Source: Eledone cirrhosa | Taxonomy: Eukaryota | Assembly: GCA_964016885.1 (NCBI GenBank) | Contig: CAXHJY010000656.1 | Location: 29,166-93,165, forward strand | Length of the DNA stretch: 64,000 nt | Direction of reading: 5' to 3' | The notes under the pieces: generated by a model | What the model was told of the DNA's origin: nothing | Database searches by the model: none | Seen by the model: only the letters and a program-made list of their open reading frames with translations | Shown here: in pieces, positions 28,052-42,958 of the stretch | Layout of the letters: each line of letters starts with the position of its first letter | How positions within the stretch are numbered: the first letter of the stretch is position 1 | Program-made: the position numbers and the translations under genes

Positions 28052-28120
28052 TATATATATGTATGTATATATGTATGTATGTATATATATATGTATGTAT
28101 ATATATATATATATTTATAT
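26993..28120. repeat. (TA)/(TATG) microsatellite
   Basis: Direct reading. Confidence 0.95.
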
Positions 28121-28385
28121 GAAAAAAAAACAAATAACGAAACAAAATTAAATTTCGTTTCGCTTCTAACTCACTTTTGTATAACTGACGCTTAAACAAT
28201 TAAGTTAAAGTGTACATCTACATATGTATACGGAAGTATTAGTATGCATATAAATACACACATGTATACATATGTACATGTACTCAGCTTTTCACTAGAC
28301 ACTTTACAGTGAGTGTCAGCTAGTCTGTATGTAACCACACAGACGGACCGGGTTTTAGAGTCATACGGGTTTTCAAGGAAACACA

Positions 28386-29598
28386 TTTCCTCCGTTATTG
28401 CCTGCAGGACTATGATGAACAGGAGAGGGCTAAGAACAGAGCCCTGGTGGACCCCAACCTGTACGCTAAATTCCTCGCTATACTCATTGCTAATCCTAAC
28501 TTTGCTGACTGCTCCCCTATACATGGCTTGTACCGCTTTCACAAGCCATTCATCTACTCCTAGTTTTCTAAGAGCCCACCAGATTACAGCACGTGGAACT
28601 CTGTCAAAGGCTTTCTCAAGGTCGACAAATGCCAAGTAGAGTGGCTTACTTTTAGCTAGGTACTTTTCCTGTAATTGCCTCACAAGGAAGAGGGCATCAG
28701 TGGTGCCTCTTCCTGGTACAAACCCAAATTGCATCTCGTCTATATTCACCCGGTCCCTAATCAGCTGTGCTATAACTCTTTCTGTTACTTTCATGACCTG
28801 GTCCATCAGCTTTATACCTCTATAGTTTCCTCTATCTAGTGCATAGCCTTTACCTTTGTAGCAGTTGACAATGATGCTACTGCACCAATCTTTTGGTATG
28901 GCCCCTTCTAGTATTACCTGGTTAACGATACGTGTGGTTATAGTGTGACCTACAGACCCAGATGCCTTCAGCATCTCGGCAGCTATACCCGATGGACCGG
29001 TTGCCTTCTCCATCTTCATATCTTTGATTGCCTTACTTACTACACTGCTGCTGACTTGTACTGCTAATCCCTCTATAGGGTCTACTTGGGGTAGGGTCTC
29101 CTCTTCCCATGCATTCTCCTCATTTAGTAATCTATCATAATGACTCTTCCATGCATCTTTCTTCTCAGCACTTGTGAGGGCAAGCTCACCTTTATCATTC
29201 CGGATACACTTCTCTCCAATGACATCACAACTATCTCTGACACACTGCCTCGCAATCTTGAATACCTCCTGTTTCTGGTCCTCGCGTTGTAAAACATGCT
29301 TGAATTTTCTATCCTCTGCTTCCCTCCTAGCTAAGTATACTTGTCGCCTAGCTTCCCTCTTGGTCTCTATGTAATGTACCCTGCACGCCCCGTTCTTCCA
29401 TTCTTTCCATGCCTGTCTCTTGGCCTTAACTGCTTCATCTACCTTATTGTTCCACCACCAAGTCACTCTCCTCCTGCTTGAGGTCTTACTCCAGCCACAG
29501 ACCTCATCCGTCGCCTCTAGTAAATTATTTTTTAGGAACTCCCAGTTCTCTTCTACGTTAAATGTCTCTATCTGTTCTTCTTTACTGTTCTTCTTTAC
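28386..29598 (-). mobile_element. RTE family A2 internal fragment (both ends lost)
   Basis: SKEEQIETF...WWWNNKVDE...NYRGIKLMD...[10 protein letters not shown]...ITEE, near-identical to 61215-62410. Confidence 0.95.
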
Positions 29599-31948
<2,350 letters not shown>

Positions 31949-32881
31949 ATAGAATCAAAAGGCCTTAAAATTAACCTGGCTAAGACTAAAGTTCTAGTTT
32001 GTAGGAAAGAAAATAAGGCGGCGGTCCCTTCTGGGAAATGGTCATGCTCGGTGTGTAGGAAAGGCGTAGGTAGAAACTCCATTTTATGTCCTAAATGCAA
32101 AGTATGGGTGCATAAAAGATGTAGTGGGATCACAGGTAAGCTAACTAAGAACATAGATTTTACATGTGGCCGGTGCTCTGGTGCAATAAGTAGCAGCAAG
32201 TGCCCACAAAATACTAGCTCTTTCAATTGCGCAGAGGGTTCTATAGAAATAGTGGACAGTTTCCGTTACCTGGGTGATAAAATCAGCAGTGGGGGAGGGC
32301 GCTCTGAAAGTACAGTAGCCAGAGTCAGAACTGGTTGGAAAAATTTTAGAGAGCTTATACCACTATTAGCTGCTAAAGGGTTCTCCCTAAAAATGAAAGG
32401 CAGGTTGTACGATGCCTGCATACGAACAGCAATGTTGCATGGCAGTGAGACCTGGGCATTGTGTGCAGAGGATATACGCAGACTAGAGAGGAACGAAGCT
32501 TGCATGCTCCGCTGGATGTGTAACAGTAATATACGTGAACGGCAAAGCATAAACGAACTAAGGAAAAAATTAGAAATAAGAGGGATCAGATGTTGTTTAC
32601 TCGAGAGAAGGCTACGTTGGTATGGACACGTGATGCGCATGAAAGTCGATAGCTGTATAACAAAGTGCAGGGCAATAAAGATAGACGGTAGCCACGGAAT
32701 AGGCAGACCTAGAAAAACCTGGGACGAGCTGATAAACTCCGACCTCACACACTTACACCTCTCCAAGACAGTGTCACTGGACCGAGACCTTTGGCGGTAC
32801 TCAGTAACAGAGAAGACCCGCCTTACCTAAATACATAGTAAAACCTACTACAGCCAGTAGGCACCTCTAACAAAATACCCC
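31949..32881 (+). mobile_element. RTE family A1 3' fragment, tail deleted
   Basis: ESKGLKIN...PHD-type finger...EKTRLT* (stop at 32830); 3' UTR ends at the C-tract. Confidence 0.95.
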
Positions 32882-35470
32882 CTACATGGCCACATTACAG
32901 CGTGGACTGTGTGTTTTTTGTCGTGACACCTACACGATCTCATTTGTTTCGGCCTGGATGCTGTGGCACCAACATAACTTTACATTGAAAGGGGCGGTGT
33001 GGATGGGGTGGGGGAGGTGGGACGGGGGTGTATTTTGTTAGAGATGCCTACTGGCTGTAGTAGGTTTTACTTTGTACTTAGGTAAAGCTGGTCTTCTCTA
33101 TTACTGAGTACCGCCAAAGGTCTCGGTCCAGTGACATTGTCTTGGAGAGGTGTAAGTGTGTGAGGTCGGAATTTATCAGCTCGTCCCACGTTTTTCTGGG
33201 TCTGCCTACTCCGTGGCTACCGTATTTTTATCGCCCTGCACTTTTTTATACAGCTGTCGTCTTTCATGCGCATCACGTGAGCATACCAACGTAGCCTTGT
33301 CTCGAGTAAACAACATCTGATCCCTCTTATTCCTAATTTCTCCCTTAGTTCATTTATGCTTTGCCGTTCTCGTATATTACTATTACACATCCAGCGGAGC
33401 ATGCAAGCTTCGTTTCTCTCCAGTCTGCGTATATCCTCTGCACACAATGCCCAGGTCTCACTGCCATGTAACATTGCTGTTCGTATGCAGGCATCATACA
33501 GCTTGCCTTTCATTTTTAGAGAGAACCCTTTAGCGGCCAATAGTAGTATAAGCTCTCTTAACTTTTTCCATCCAGTTCTGACTCTAGCTACTGTACTTTC
33601 AGAGCACCCTCCCCCACTGCTAATTTTGTCACCCAGGTAACGGAAGCTGTCCACTATTTCTATAGAACCCTCTGCGCAATTGAAAGAGCTAGTATTTTGT
33701 GGGCACTTGCTGCTACTTATTGCACCAGAGCACCGGCCACATATAAAATCTATATTCATAGTTAGCTTACCTGTGATCCCACTACATCTTTTATGCACCC
33801 ATACTTTGCATTTGGGACATAAAATGGAGTTTCTGCCTACTCCTTTCCTACACCCTGAGCATGGCCATTTCCCAGATGCGACCGGTGCCCTATTTTCCTT
33901 CCTACAAATTAGAACTTTAGTCTTAGACAAGTTAACTTTAAGGCCTTTTGATTCTAGGCCATGCTTCCATGTTTGGAATTTCTTCTCTAGTTCAGCCATT
34001 GATTCAGCTATGAGCGTTAGATCATCTGCATATAGGAGTTCCCATGTGCAGCCGGTCTCAAACTCCTCTGTTATAGCCTGAAGGGCAATAATAAATAGTA
34101 GGGGGCTAAGGACGGAGCCCTGATGAACACCAACTTTTACGCTAAACTCTTCACTATATTCGTTGTTAATTCTAACCTTGCTGACTGTTTCCTTCGGAAC
34201 GACCCCATTCTGTATGACTTTGTTTACTATCCCGGTGACCATAGTGTGTCCCACCGTTCCAGATGCTTTCAGCATTTCAGCAACTATTTCCGAAGGCCCG
34301 GCCGCCTTGCCTGTCTTCATGTCTTTGATCGCCTTACTTATTATACTACCTTCAACTTGCACTGCTGGTCCTTCTATTGGGTCGATGTGGGGGAGACTGT
34401 CTTTCTCCCAATTATTCTCCTCATTTAGTAGCCTTTCGTAGTGACACTTCTAAGCTACCTTCTTATCAGCGTCAGTGATGGCAAGTACACCATCATCATT
34501 AAGGACACACTTCTCCCCGACAATATCACTATTTTCCTTGACACATTGCCTAGCAATCCTGAACACCTCACGTTTTTGGTCCTCGCGTTGTAGAACATGC
34601 TTGAACTTTCTTTCCTCTGCTTCCCTTCTTGCGAAGTACACTTGTTTCCTAGCTTCCCTCCTGGCCTCTTGATAGTCTTCTCTACTTCCCCCATCCCGCC
34701 ATGCTTTCCAAGCCTGCTTTTTGGCCTTGATTGACCCCTCCACTTTACTGTTCCACCACAAAGTTACTCTCCTCCTGCCTATAGGTCTGCTCCAGCCACA
34801 GGTTTCATCTGTCGCCTTCAGCAGGTTAGCTTTCAGGAATTCCCACTGTTCCTCTATACTGTACAACTCTAATTGCTCTTCCTTACTATCAAAAGCATCA
34901 AGTAATATGCTTTTAAATTTATTACTGGCTGTGGGGTCTTTTAACTTCCATATTTTTCTTCTGAGGATAGTCCTCTTCTGTTGTCTAGTACGTCTCGTCC
35001 TGACTATGGGGTCGCTAATTATGAGTCTATGTTGAGAGTGCATTCTTCATGGGGGAGGGATTTAGTGTTTACAACAGACACTCTGTCACGTCTCCTGGTA
35101 AGGATATAATCTACTTGGCTTGTGTGTTCCCCCGATCTATAGGTGATCAAGTGATTGTCTCGTTTTTTTAAGTTAGTGTTACAGATAGTTAGGTTATTTG
35201 CATCACAGAATTCCAGGATTCTGGAGCCTTCCTCATTTCTAGTACCAAACCCATAGCCTCCATGGATTCCGTCATAGCCGTCACAATGTTGTCCAACGTG
35301 ACCATTTAGGTCGCCAGCGATAACTATGTAGTCACTGTCGGTTATTTGGGAGGTAGTGAGCATTAACGTCTCATAGAATCTGTCTTTTATAACGCCAGGC
35401 AGTCCGGATTGTGGTGCATATCCAGATATTATTGTCACAGTAGTTCTATTGAGGACAAGTCTTATTTTAA
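32882..35470 (-). mobile_element. RTE family A1, disrupted (stop, frameshifts, 375-bp in-frame RT deletion), tail deleted
   Basis: ORFs 35019-35438, 34450-35043 and 33217-34362 span APE to C-terminus. Confidence 0.95.
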
Positions 35471-35859
35471 TGTATATGTATATGTGTATATATGTATATA
35501 TGTATATATGTATATATATGTATGTATATATATCTATATCACTCTAATGTGGTAGTGTTGTTGCCATGATAAAATGCACCCTATACACTCTGTAAGGTAG
35601 TTGGTATTAGGAAGGGAAGCCAACTATAGAAACCATGCTAAATATGGAATGTATGAGGAAGATGTGGTCACCCCAACCTGTCTTGTCTCCAGCCCATGCC
35701 AGTATGGAAAGCAAACCTAAAATGATGATATTAATAGTTCCCAATATTTTCACTACCAAGGAGCCCTTTTATTTCCTGTGTACGTCTTCCCCACTGCAAT
35801 CACTTTCCTCCTAGATTGTTATATGGATAAAATGATAGAATAACAATCAAGAAAGATAA

Positions 35860-36275
35860 ATCATCATCACCATCAATTTTACATCTGCTCTCCATGCTTG
35901 CATGGGTCCTTCTCAGCACAGCATCTCTCCACTTGTTGCATTCCTTCGTCATCTTGTTGCATTCCTTCGTCTTAGCGATTTGAGGTCAGCTCTCACAACC
36001 TCTGCTTAGTCATCCTCTATTGTGTCTTCCTTCCACTAGGTTTTCCTGGCATTTCTCGACCCACTGATCATTGTCAATGCACATCACATGCCCATACCAA
36101 CGCAGTCTTCTCTCCTACACACCACCTTAGATTCACCTTAAACCCAGCTTCTCTCTCGTCCATGCTCTGCCTTTCTCTCACATTTATACATAAAGAATAA
36201 TGGATACCTAATGGTATCATCATCATCATCATCATCATTTTACATCCGCTTTTCCCTGCTTGCAAGGGTTGGATC
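35860..36275 (-). mobile_element. Decayed RTE 3' fragments with (TGA)n tails
   Basis: catcatcac...tccatgcttgcatggg; ERQSMDE...; second tail catccgcttttccctgcttgcaaggg of A3 type. Confidence 0.65.
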
Positions 36276-36739
36276 CTCCATTGGTTTCAACAATAAGCAT
36301 TCAGTTGTTCAATCAACTGAATGTCCAACTGATAAATTATAGTGTTAGTGGTTGAGTATTCCACAGACATGTGTACCCTTAATGTAATTCTCAAGCTAAA
36401 TCAGCATGATACAATTGCAAGGGTGGACTTTTGAATTAGTTACAATCAATTTGATAAGCTCTCACACAGTTTGCATGTACCCAATTTCATTCACAAGGCA
36501 TGTGTTGACTCTAGGATATGGTAAAAACACTTGTCAAAGATATCATGCAATGGGATTAAAGTCAGGATCTTATGATTGTGAAGTTAATTTAAATCACTCA
36601 GCTATGTGTGTATATTATTTTTTTTAGCAAAGTACTTGATATTCTGAACTTAGCTCACAGACCCCAGTATATCCTTTGTGGGTCCGTTAGTTGTTTCTGT
36701 CTTTATCTCTGTCATGTCTTTCTGTCTATCTTTATCTCT

Positions 36740-37110
36740 GAAGGCATGCAGCCTAATGGTTAGGAGTGTTAGTTTGATTCCTAGACTGAATAGCATATTA
36801 TGTTCTTGAGTAAAACACTTCACTTCATGTTGCTTCAGTTCAGTCAGCTCACAATGAGTACCAGCATCAACAATTGGGGTTAAACATGCAATCGACTGCT
36901 GTCCCATCGAGGGGAGTATTTTGTACTTTAGTCACTTAACGCCAATAAAACCAGGATATGCTCTAAATTTGAGGCAGACTTTAACCTTTGTGAAAGTATG
37001 TAGTCTAGTGGTTAGACTGTTATGCTTATGATCATATGGTTGTGGGTTCAATTCCTAGAGTAGGTGGTGCATTGTGTTCTTCAGCAAGATGCTTCATTTC
37101 ATGCTGCTAA
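36740..37110 (+). mobile_element. Two decayed tRNA-CORE SINE heads
   Basis: gcagcctaatggttagg...ttcttgagtaaaacacttcac; tagtctagtggttag...gggttcaattcc...tcagcaagatgcttc. Confidence 0.55.
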
Positions 37111-37252
37111 TCATGATTTGAATTAGTTCCCCTATCATTAAAATGTTCAGGAAACCTCCTCTGCAATACAACCTAGTAGTAGGCCAGCTAAACCTGCATA
37201 GGTAGGAAATGTAAACTTCATTTTTTTATCTCTGTCTCGTCCCTGTCTGTCT

Positions 37253-37308
<56 letters not shown>

Positions 37309-37309
37309 T

Positions 37310-37340
<31 letters not shown>

Positions 37341-37498
37341 GACTGTCTCTCTCTTTCTCTCTCACCTGTTCTGTCCTGTCACTCTCATCATTGCTATCTC
37401 TGTCTCTCTCTCACCTTTGCTCTTTCCTCCTTTCCCCTCTCCCCTGCTTTTATCTTTCTGCTCTCGTCTTCTATCTCATTGTTCCCACCTCCCACTCT

Positions 37499-37533
<35 letters not shown>

Positions 37534-37535
<2 letters not shown>

Positions 37536-37812
37536 TAATTCAAAATATTAACAAAAATAGACATTCGTGTGATCAAGTATATTTTATTATACATATTTCA
37601 GAGGTACTGAGCTATCTTCAACAGTACGTCCTCATCAGATAAAATAAGATGATGATGACAAAACTCAATATTTATATACCTTAAGATTGGTATATCCCTG
37701 AGAGATGTACTGAGAGACGTACTGCTGAAGATAGCTCAGTACCTCTGAAATATGTATAATAAAATATACTTGATCACACGGATGTCTATTTTTGTTAATA
37801 TTTTGAATTGAT
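37534..37812. mobile_element. Penelope-like terminal remnant, ~97-bp inverted repeat
   Basis: 37534-37630 is the near-perfect reverse complement of 37715-37812; the left arm overlaps a hammerhead core. Confidence 0.65.
37580..37646 (-). ncRNA. Minimal type I hammerhead ribozyme motif
   Basis: tattttat-CTGATGA-ggacgtactg..cagtacctct-GAAA-tatgt-ATA-ataaaata: stems I and II pair, short near-palindromic stem III. Confidence 0.7.
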
Positions 37813-38179
37813 ATTAATAACTCCGGAAAACCATCTGTTGAGTGCTTCCAATCTATTGTAAAACTCATTCTTTGATTTATTCATTGAACCTTGTTTAACC
37901 TTTAAATATATATATATATATCTCGGGTGTCAGAGAGAGAGAGAGAGAGAGAGAGATGGATATATACACACGCACACACACGCACCCATCTCTTGCTCTC
38001 TCCCGCCCTTCTCTGACACCTGATACCTTTACATTCCAATTTGTATTTGGTAACATTATACCAGTGGTTGCTCTCTAGAACATTCTTACTGCATGGTGGT
38101 GGTGGTGGTGGTGGTGGGGGCTGGTAGGTTGATGGTAGCAGTTGTAATGTTTAGGGTTGCTGAGCTTAGCAATATATAA

Positions 38180-38500
38180 CTACCATACTATTTTATACTA
38201 TACTATGTTGTACAACATAGTATAGTGCTGAACTATTTGTACTATTATATGGTGTACACCATACAGCACTACTATACTATGTGGTATACAACATAGTATA
38301 TTGCTGTACTATTATATGGTATACACCATACAACACTACTTTATTGTGGTGTATAATATGGTATAGTGCTGTACTATTATATGGTTTACACCATACAACA
38401 CTACTGCATTATGTGGTGTATAACATAGTATGGTACTTACTGTACTATGTTGTACTGTAATACTGTACTATTATGTATTCTATGGTTCTGTATTACACTA
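38180..38500. repeat. Degenerate ~65-bp minisatellite (gtactattatatggt.tacaccatacaacactact...)
   Basis: Three to four diverged copies. Confidence 0.6.
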
Positions 38501-39039
38501 TGCCTGTGTTAGTTTCCAACAATCGCTAGTTACTTTTCAGCTCTTAATTGCTGATGGAGTTGATGCAGTGCCATCATTACATATGGCTTGTCTAGGTCAG
38601 TCCATAAATGGCAGTCCATCCTTCTCTAGATAATTTCTTTCAGAGAAATGGGGAAGAACTGCTTCCCCATCCCCAGTATTGAACTGGTATTTTATTTTGT
38701 TGACCTCGGCAGGATTTGAACTCAGCATGGAAAGTCTACCACTTTACTGTCCACAGTATACTGATGCTGTTAGATTATTGAAGTGTCTTACTGTTTAAAA
38801 TCAAAACAAAACCTGTGATGAGCAAGAAGTCTTTCATGGGGCTGGCAAGGCTAAACCCTTCTTTAGCAGAGAACGATTTCCATAAAACACTTGGCTGTAG
38901 TATTGTATATTATAAGGTATCAGTTTTGTTGTACTTGTGTGACCTGGTCACTGACACCTCTACAGGAGAGGTCACTGACATAACCCTTCACTGGGGAGGT
39001 AACTGATGGGTCCCCTTTACAGGGGAGGTCACTGACACA

Positions 39040-40070
39040 CTCTCTACATTCATCCATTAAATTCACAACAGAAACCAGTGAGAAAGAACTACCATCTTTA
39101 GACATATTTTACTAGGCAGGGATATACCAATAGAGGTGGATCCAGAACTATGGAAAATCCATTTTGGAGAACTTTAGAGGTTTTCTTTAACAACAAAAAT
39201 ACCCCTTGAATTTGATAGGTGACAGGTTTAAAAAGGCAAAGGAACTGGATATATCTAAAGTTAGGACTCCTAGACAAAAGGTTGAGGAAGATATTCCATT
39301 TGTCGACACTTATGAGCCAGGAGTACCAAACGTATTTGCCACCATTAAGGCAAACCTGCCAATCCTGTTTCAAATCACAATTATCAACAGCAAACACCAA
39401 CCAAAGAACCTTAAATTTCCTCTTAAAAACATGTAAAGATAATAAGGATGGGACATTTAGTAGTAATATCAGTAACTATTTGAAAACTAGTTCTGAGATT
39501 AAATTTAAAAAGTAGACAGTCATCACCATCATCGTTTTTATGTCCGTTTTTCCATGCTTGTTTGATGGGTCCTTCTCAGCACAGCCTCTGCATTTCTTTA
39601 TCATCTTCTCTGTGAGTCTCAGCAATTTGAGGTTAGCTCTCACCACCTCTGCTCAGGTCTTTATTGGTCTACTTCTGCTGCATCTTCCATCCATTGGCAC
39701 TTTTTCACCCATTATTCATCATTCATGCGCATCACATATCCAAACCAACACAGTCTTCTCTCCTGCACACCACCTCAGATTCCTCTTAAAGTCCTTTAAA
39801 ATAAATGCAGAAATGAGCAGCGAAGCAAAAATAAATTGATATATTGTATAGTCTTGGCTCTAAAGAGAATTATATTAGTCAGACTGGTAACTCATTGTGT
39901 AAACAAATCAGAATGAAGGAAAATCCTACTAAGAAACATATATAAATTTGTGGGAACAGCAAATTAAAAATATTCCCTTTTATAAATGTTCAATGGCTGA
40001 TCTAAAGTACTGACTAAAAATGGAAAAACATTTTATAAGGAAATTCACTGTGAAACTAGACCATAACAGT
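39040..40070 (+). mobile_element. Decayed Penelope-like element (RT C-terminus and GIY-YIG remnant)
   Basis: IKFTTE..KELP.LD, YPLNLI..FKKAK, IPFVDTYEP..PNVF..IK.NLPIL, QPKNLK; after an inserted RTE fragment, LIYCI...NYISQTGNSL. Confidence 0.7.
39519..39790 (-). mobile_element. Old RTE 3' fragment nested in the Penelope remnant
   Basis: catcaccatcatcgtttttatgtccgtttttccatgcttg tail; RLCWFGYVMRM-like reading on the minus strand. Confidence 0.7.
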
Positions 40071-40556
40071 TCTAATTATAGAGAGGTAAAAATACACATA
40101 GGAACTTAGGGTTTGACTACCCTTTTAACAACTAAATTTGTATTTTGATAAGTGTCATGAAAAATGACAACTAGATTTAATTATAAACATTTTATATTTT
40201 TCTTACTCAAATGATAGTGTTTTATTACTTCTAACTACTATGTTTTATTAATATCTGTTGGGGAAATGGACATTGACCCTTTCATGATCTCATTTCTAAT
40301 GAAATACACTCTATTTTAATTATTTAATGAAGAATTTTGAGGGATTTGCTAAAATTATTTCATTACTCAGTAACTTAATGTAAGGTTCTTATATGAAATT
40401 ATGTTGAAAGATTTTTAATTAAATTAGAAACCTTTAAAATGGGTGGTTTTATTTCCTAGAATTAGAGCCAGTTTTGGCAACAAAAGGGTTAAATGATGAT
40501 GATGATATATATGTGTGTGTATAAAGGATATATATTTATCTACTTTTCTGTTTCAG

Positions 40557-40741
40557 GTATTTAATATTCTACTCACCTTTTGACATAGTTTATAAACTAG
40601 TCAAGTTTCTACCATTTAAGCTGTGTATTGGAACTCTAAAGGAAACTCAGAGAGCTCACAAGGTTTACCATGGTGTCACCTACACGGCCAAACTTTTCCC
40701 ACATGCCTACTTACTCATTGTCATGATTGGTACTATCAAAG
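40557..40741 (+). CDS. TMEM38: TRIC/TMEM38 coding exon
   Basis: tttcag|G completes W from the previous exon; YLIFYSPFDIVYKLVKFLPFKLCIGTLKETQRAHKVYHGVTYTAKLFPHAYLLIVMIGTIK; G|gtgag donor. Confidence 0.92.
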
Positions 40742-41159
40742 GTGAGAAACTATATTCTTTATTATTGTCTGTCAAATGAAGGATGAGGGCCCCCTTCCTT
40801 GGCCATGGTTGGCCACGAGTTTGCACCTAGAATGTTCCTCTCTGAGACATAGGCTTGGGCAAGGTAGTTTTTGTACAAGACCAACTGTGGACAATGCATG
40901 CCAATCTCCCTTCTCCACATCACTGATGTCTAAGGAAAAGGCAAGGGCCAGTATTCCATCATATACTTGGCTTGTTTGGGGCTGCTAGAGAGGTCCTGAT
41001 AAACTAATACTTCCTCATACACTTGACTTGTATCTGTAATTGAACTCAGTATTGCAGATTAATAGAACATAAACACATGATCTATCACCTCTGCAAACAA
41101 CAGTTGGTATCCCAGGGCATCAATATATGGTGTCAGAGGTAATGTGTGGTACTGGGATA

Positions 41160-41365
41160 GAATTGTTAATCTGTAGTAGTGTGGTAGGTTTGTTAACCAT
41201 CTGTAGTACAGTATTAGGATTGTTAACCATCAGTTAACTATCTGTAGTTCTGTATTAGGATTATTAACCATCTGTAGTACTGTATTAAGATTGTTAGCCA
41301 TCTGTAGTACTGTATTAAGATTGTTAGCCATCTGTAGTACTGTATTAAGATTGTTAGCCATCAGA
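41160..41365. repeat. 30-bp minisatellite (TGTATTAAGATTGTTAGCCATCTGTAGTAC)
   Basis: Near-perfect copies at 41270-41362 with degenerate upstream copies. Confidence 0.8.
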
Positions 41366-41449
41366 TAGTGGCTTAACATCCTAATGATGTAGAGTGTATT
41401 AAAAGTTAATTAACTCTAATATAAAATCTTTATTTTTCCTGATCTCAAG

Positions 41450-41537
41450 GTGCTGGAAGTGGAATCATACGAACATTTGACAGGTTTCTGCGTGGCATTT
41501 GGATCCCAAATAGCAACGAATTTCTGCAGCCTTCTTT
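41450..41537 (+). CDS. TMEM38: TRIC/TMEM38 coding exon
   Basis: ctcaag|GT acceptor; GAGSGIIRTFDRFLRGIWIPNSNEFLQPS; TT|gtgagt donor; phases match both neighbours. Confidence 0.92.
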
Positions 41538-41724
41538 GTGAGTATTATTTTTCCTTGTTAACATGGGTATAGTATGGTGTGGGAATATAGTGCAGGGTTG
41601 ATGAAACCACAATTATAAATAGGCCACACTGATGGAGTTTATCTTACCATCTATTTAAGGATTATAATCTAATGGAAATGTTGTTTATGTCAGACTTTGC
41701 CCTTTTTCTCTCCAAACTCAGTCA

Positions 41725-41980
41725 CCCCTCTCTAGATCCACCCCATCTCTAGATCCGCCTGTAATCCATCTCTAGATCCACCTGTAATCCATCTCTAGAT
41801 CCACCTGTAATCTCTCTTTAGACTCACCTGTAATCCCTTTCTAGATCCATAAGATATTCCTCTTTATATCCTTCAGTTATCCCTCTAGATTCATCAGTAA
41901 TCCCTCACTAGATCCACCCATTATCCCTCTTTATATTCACTGAGTCACTCCTCTATACCCACCTGTTGTACCTCTTTATA
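41725..41980. repeat. Degenerate ~23-bp minisatellite (TCCATCTCTAGATCCACCTGTAA)
   Basis: Direct reading. Confidence 0.7.
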
Positions 41981-42384
41981 TACATTCATTCACCCTTCTC
42001 TATATCCATTTGTTATACTTCTATTGTTTCTTCTACTGAAGCCTGTTTGGTAACTTAAAATCATTTTATTTCCATTGCACAACATAGTTTCCATATAATT
42101 ACTGTCAGTTGAAACTATGCTGTTTCTGATGTTATCATTGGTCGACACATTAAAAACCACTTCATTACATACTAACATATACACGCGACTTCTTAGTATT
42201 TCCCAAATACCAGCTAGTTTTTAAACTAAATATTCCTGATGTTTATTATATTTTTCATCATTACTAATGACTTTTGTCGAATTATTTATACAATATAAAT
42301 AATTAGGTATTACTTTTGTACTATACTTTAGATATACAATAATAATTAAGTACCACTTTTGTATTATACTTTTCTATATTTCAG

Positions 42385-42661
42385 ATATACAAAAGCTTGC
42401 TTGATTGCATCAATAATATTTGTGCTGGAAAAAACCAATGTGATTGAAGCTCCTCATGCAGTGATCTACTTTGGTGTGGTCATTTTCTTTGTTTACTTCA
42501 AACTGTCTTCACTACTGTTTGGAATCCATGACCCTTTTGTTCCATTTGAGAACCTATTCTGTGCAATATTCTTGGGTGGGATGTGGGATGCCATGCGCCG
42601 TGCCATCAGCAACAAGTCAACTGAAGATACAAAGAGCAAGTCAGAGAAGAAGAATGATTAG
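42385..42661 (+). CDS. TMEM38: TRIC/TMEM38 terminal coding exon
   Basis: tttcag|A acceptor; YTKACLIASIIF...YFKL...DPFVPFENLFCAIFLGGMWDA...KKND* with charged C-tail. Confidence 0.92.
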
Positions 42662-42952
42662 AAGTTGGCCATTACAAAGATATGGGTGGGTGTGGGAGAT
42701 AGTATTTGGTATATGATGATGAACTGGATTAACTGGCAGTGTGTTTTCTGTAATTGCAGGTAATACCGAAGTTGGGCAGGGGATTGTTTTTTTTTTTAAT
42801 CATCTGCAGGCACAATACAGGGATGTGTAACTTAGGTAACATAGACGCGCACACATTAAGAAAAAACAAATATACTGCTGTCTCAAAAGTTCTAACAGTA
42901 TTTCGTGAAATAATATTAATAAAGAAAGCAGCAAAAGGTGTATTTAAAAGTC

Positions 42953-42958
42953 AATAAA
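42953..42958 (+). promoter_or_regulatory. Candidate polyadenylation signal AATAAA of TMEM38
   Basis: First AATAAA, ~290 nt after the stop; AT-rich context makes it uncertain. Confidence 0.35.

Noticed and set aside
34181-34200. Spliced-out intron in the RT
   Set aside because: The deleted segment has no GT..AG ends; microhomology explains it
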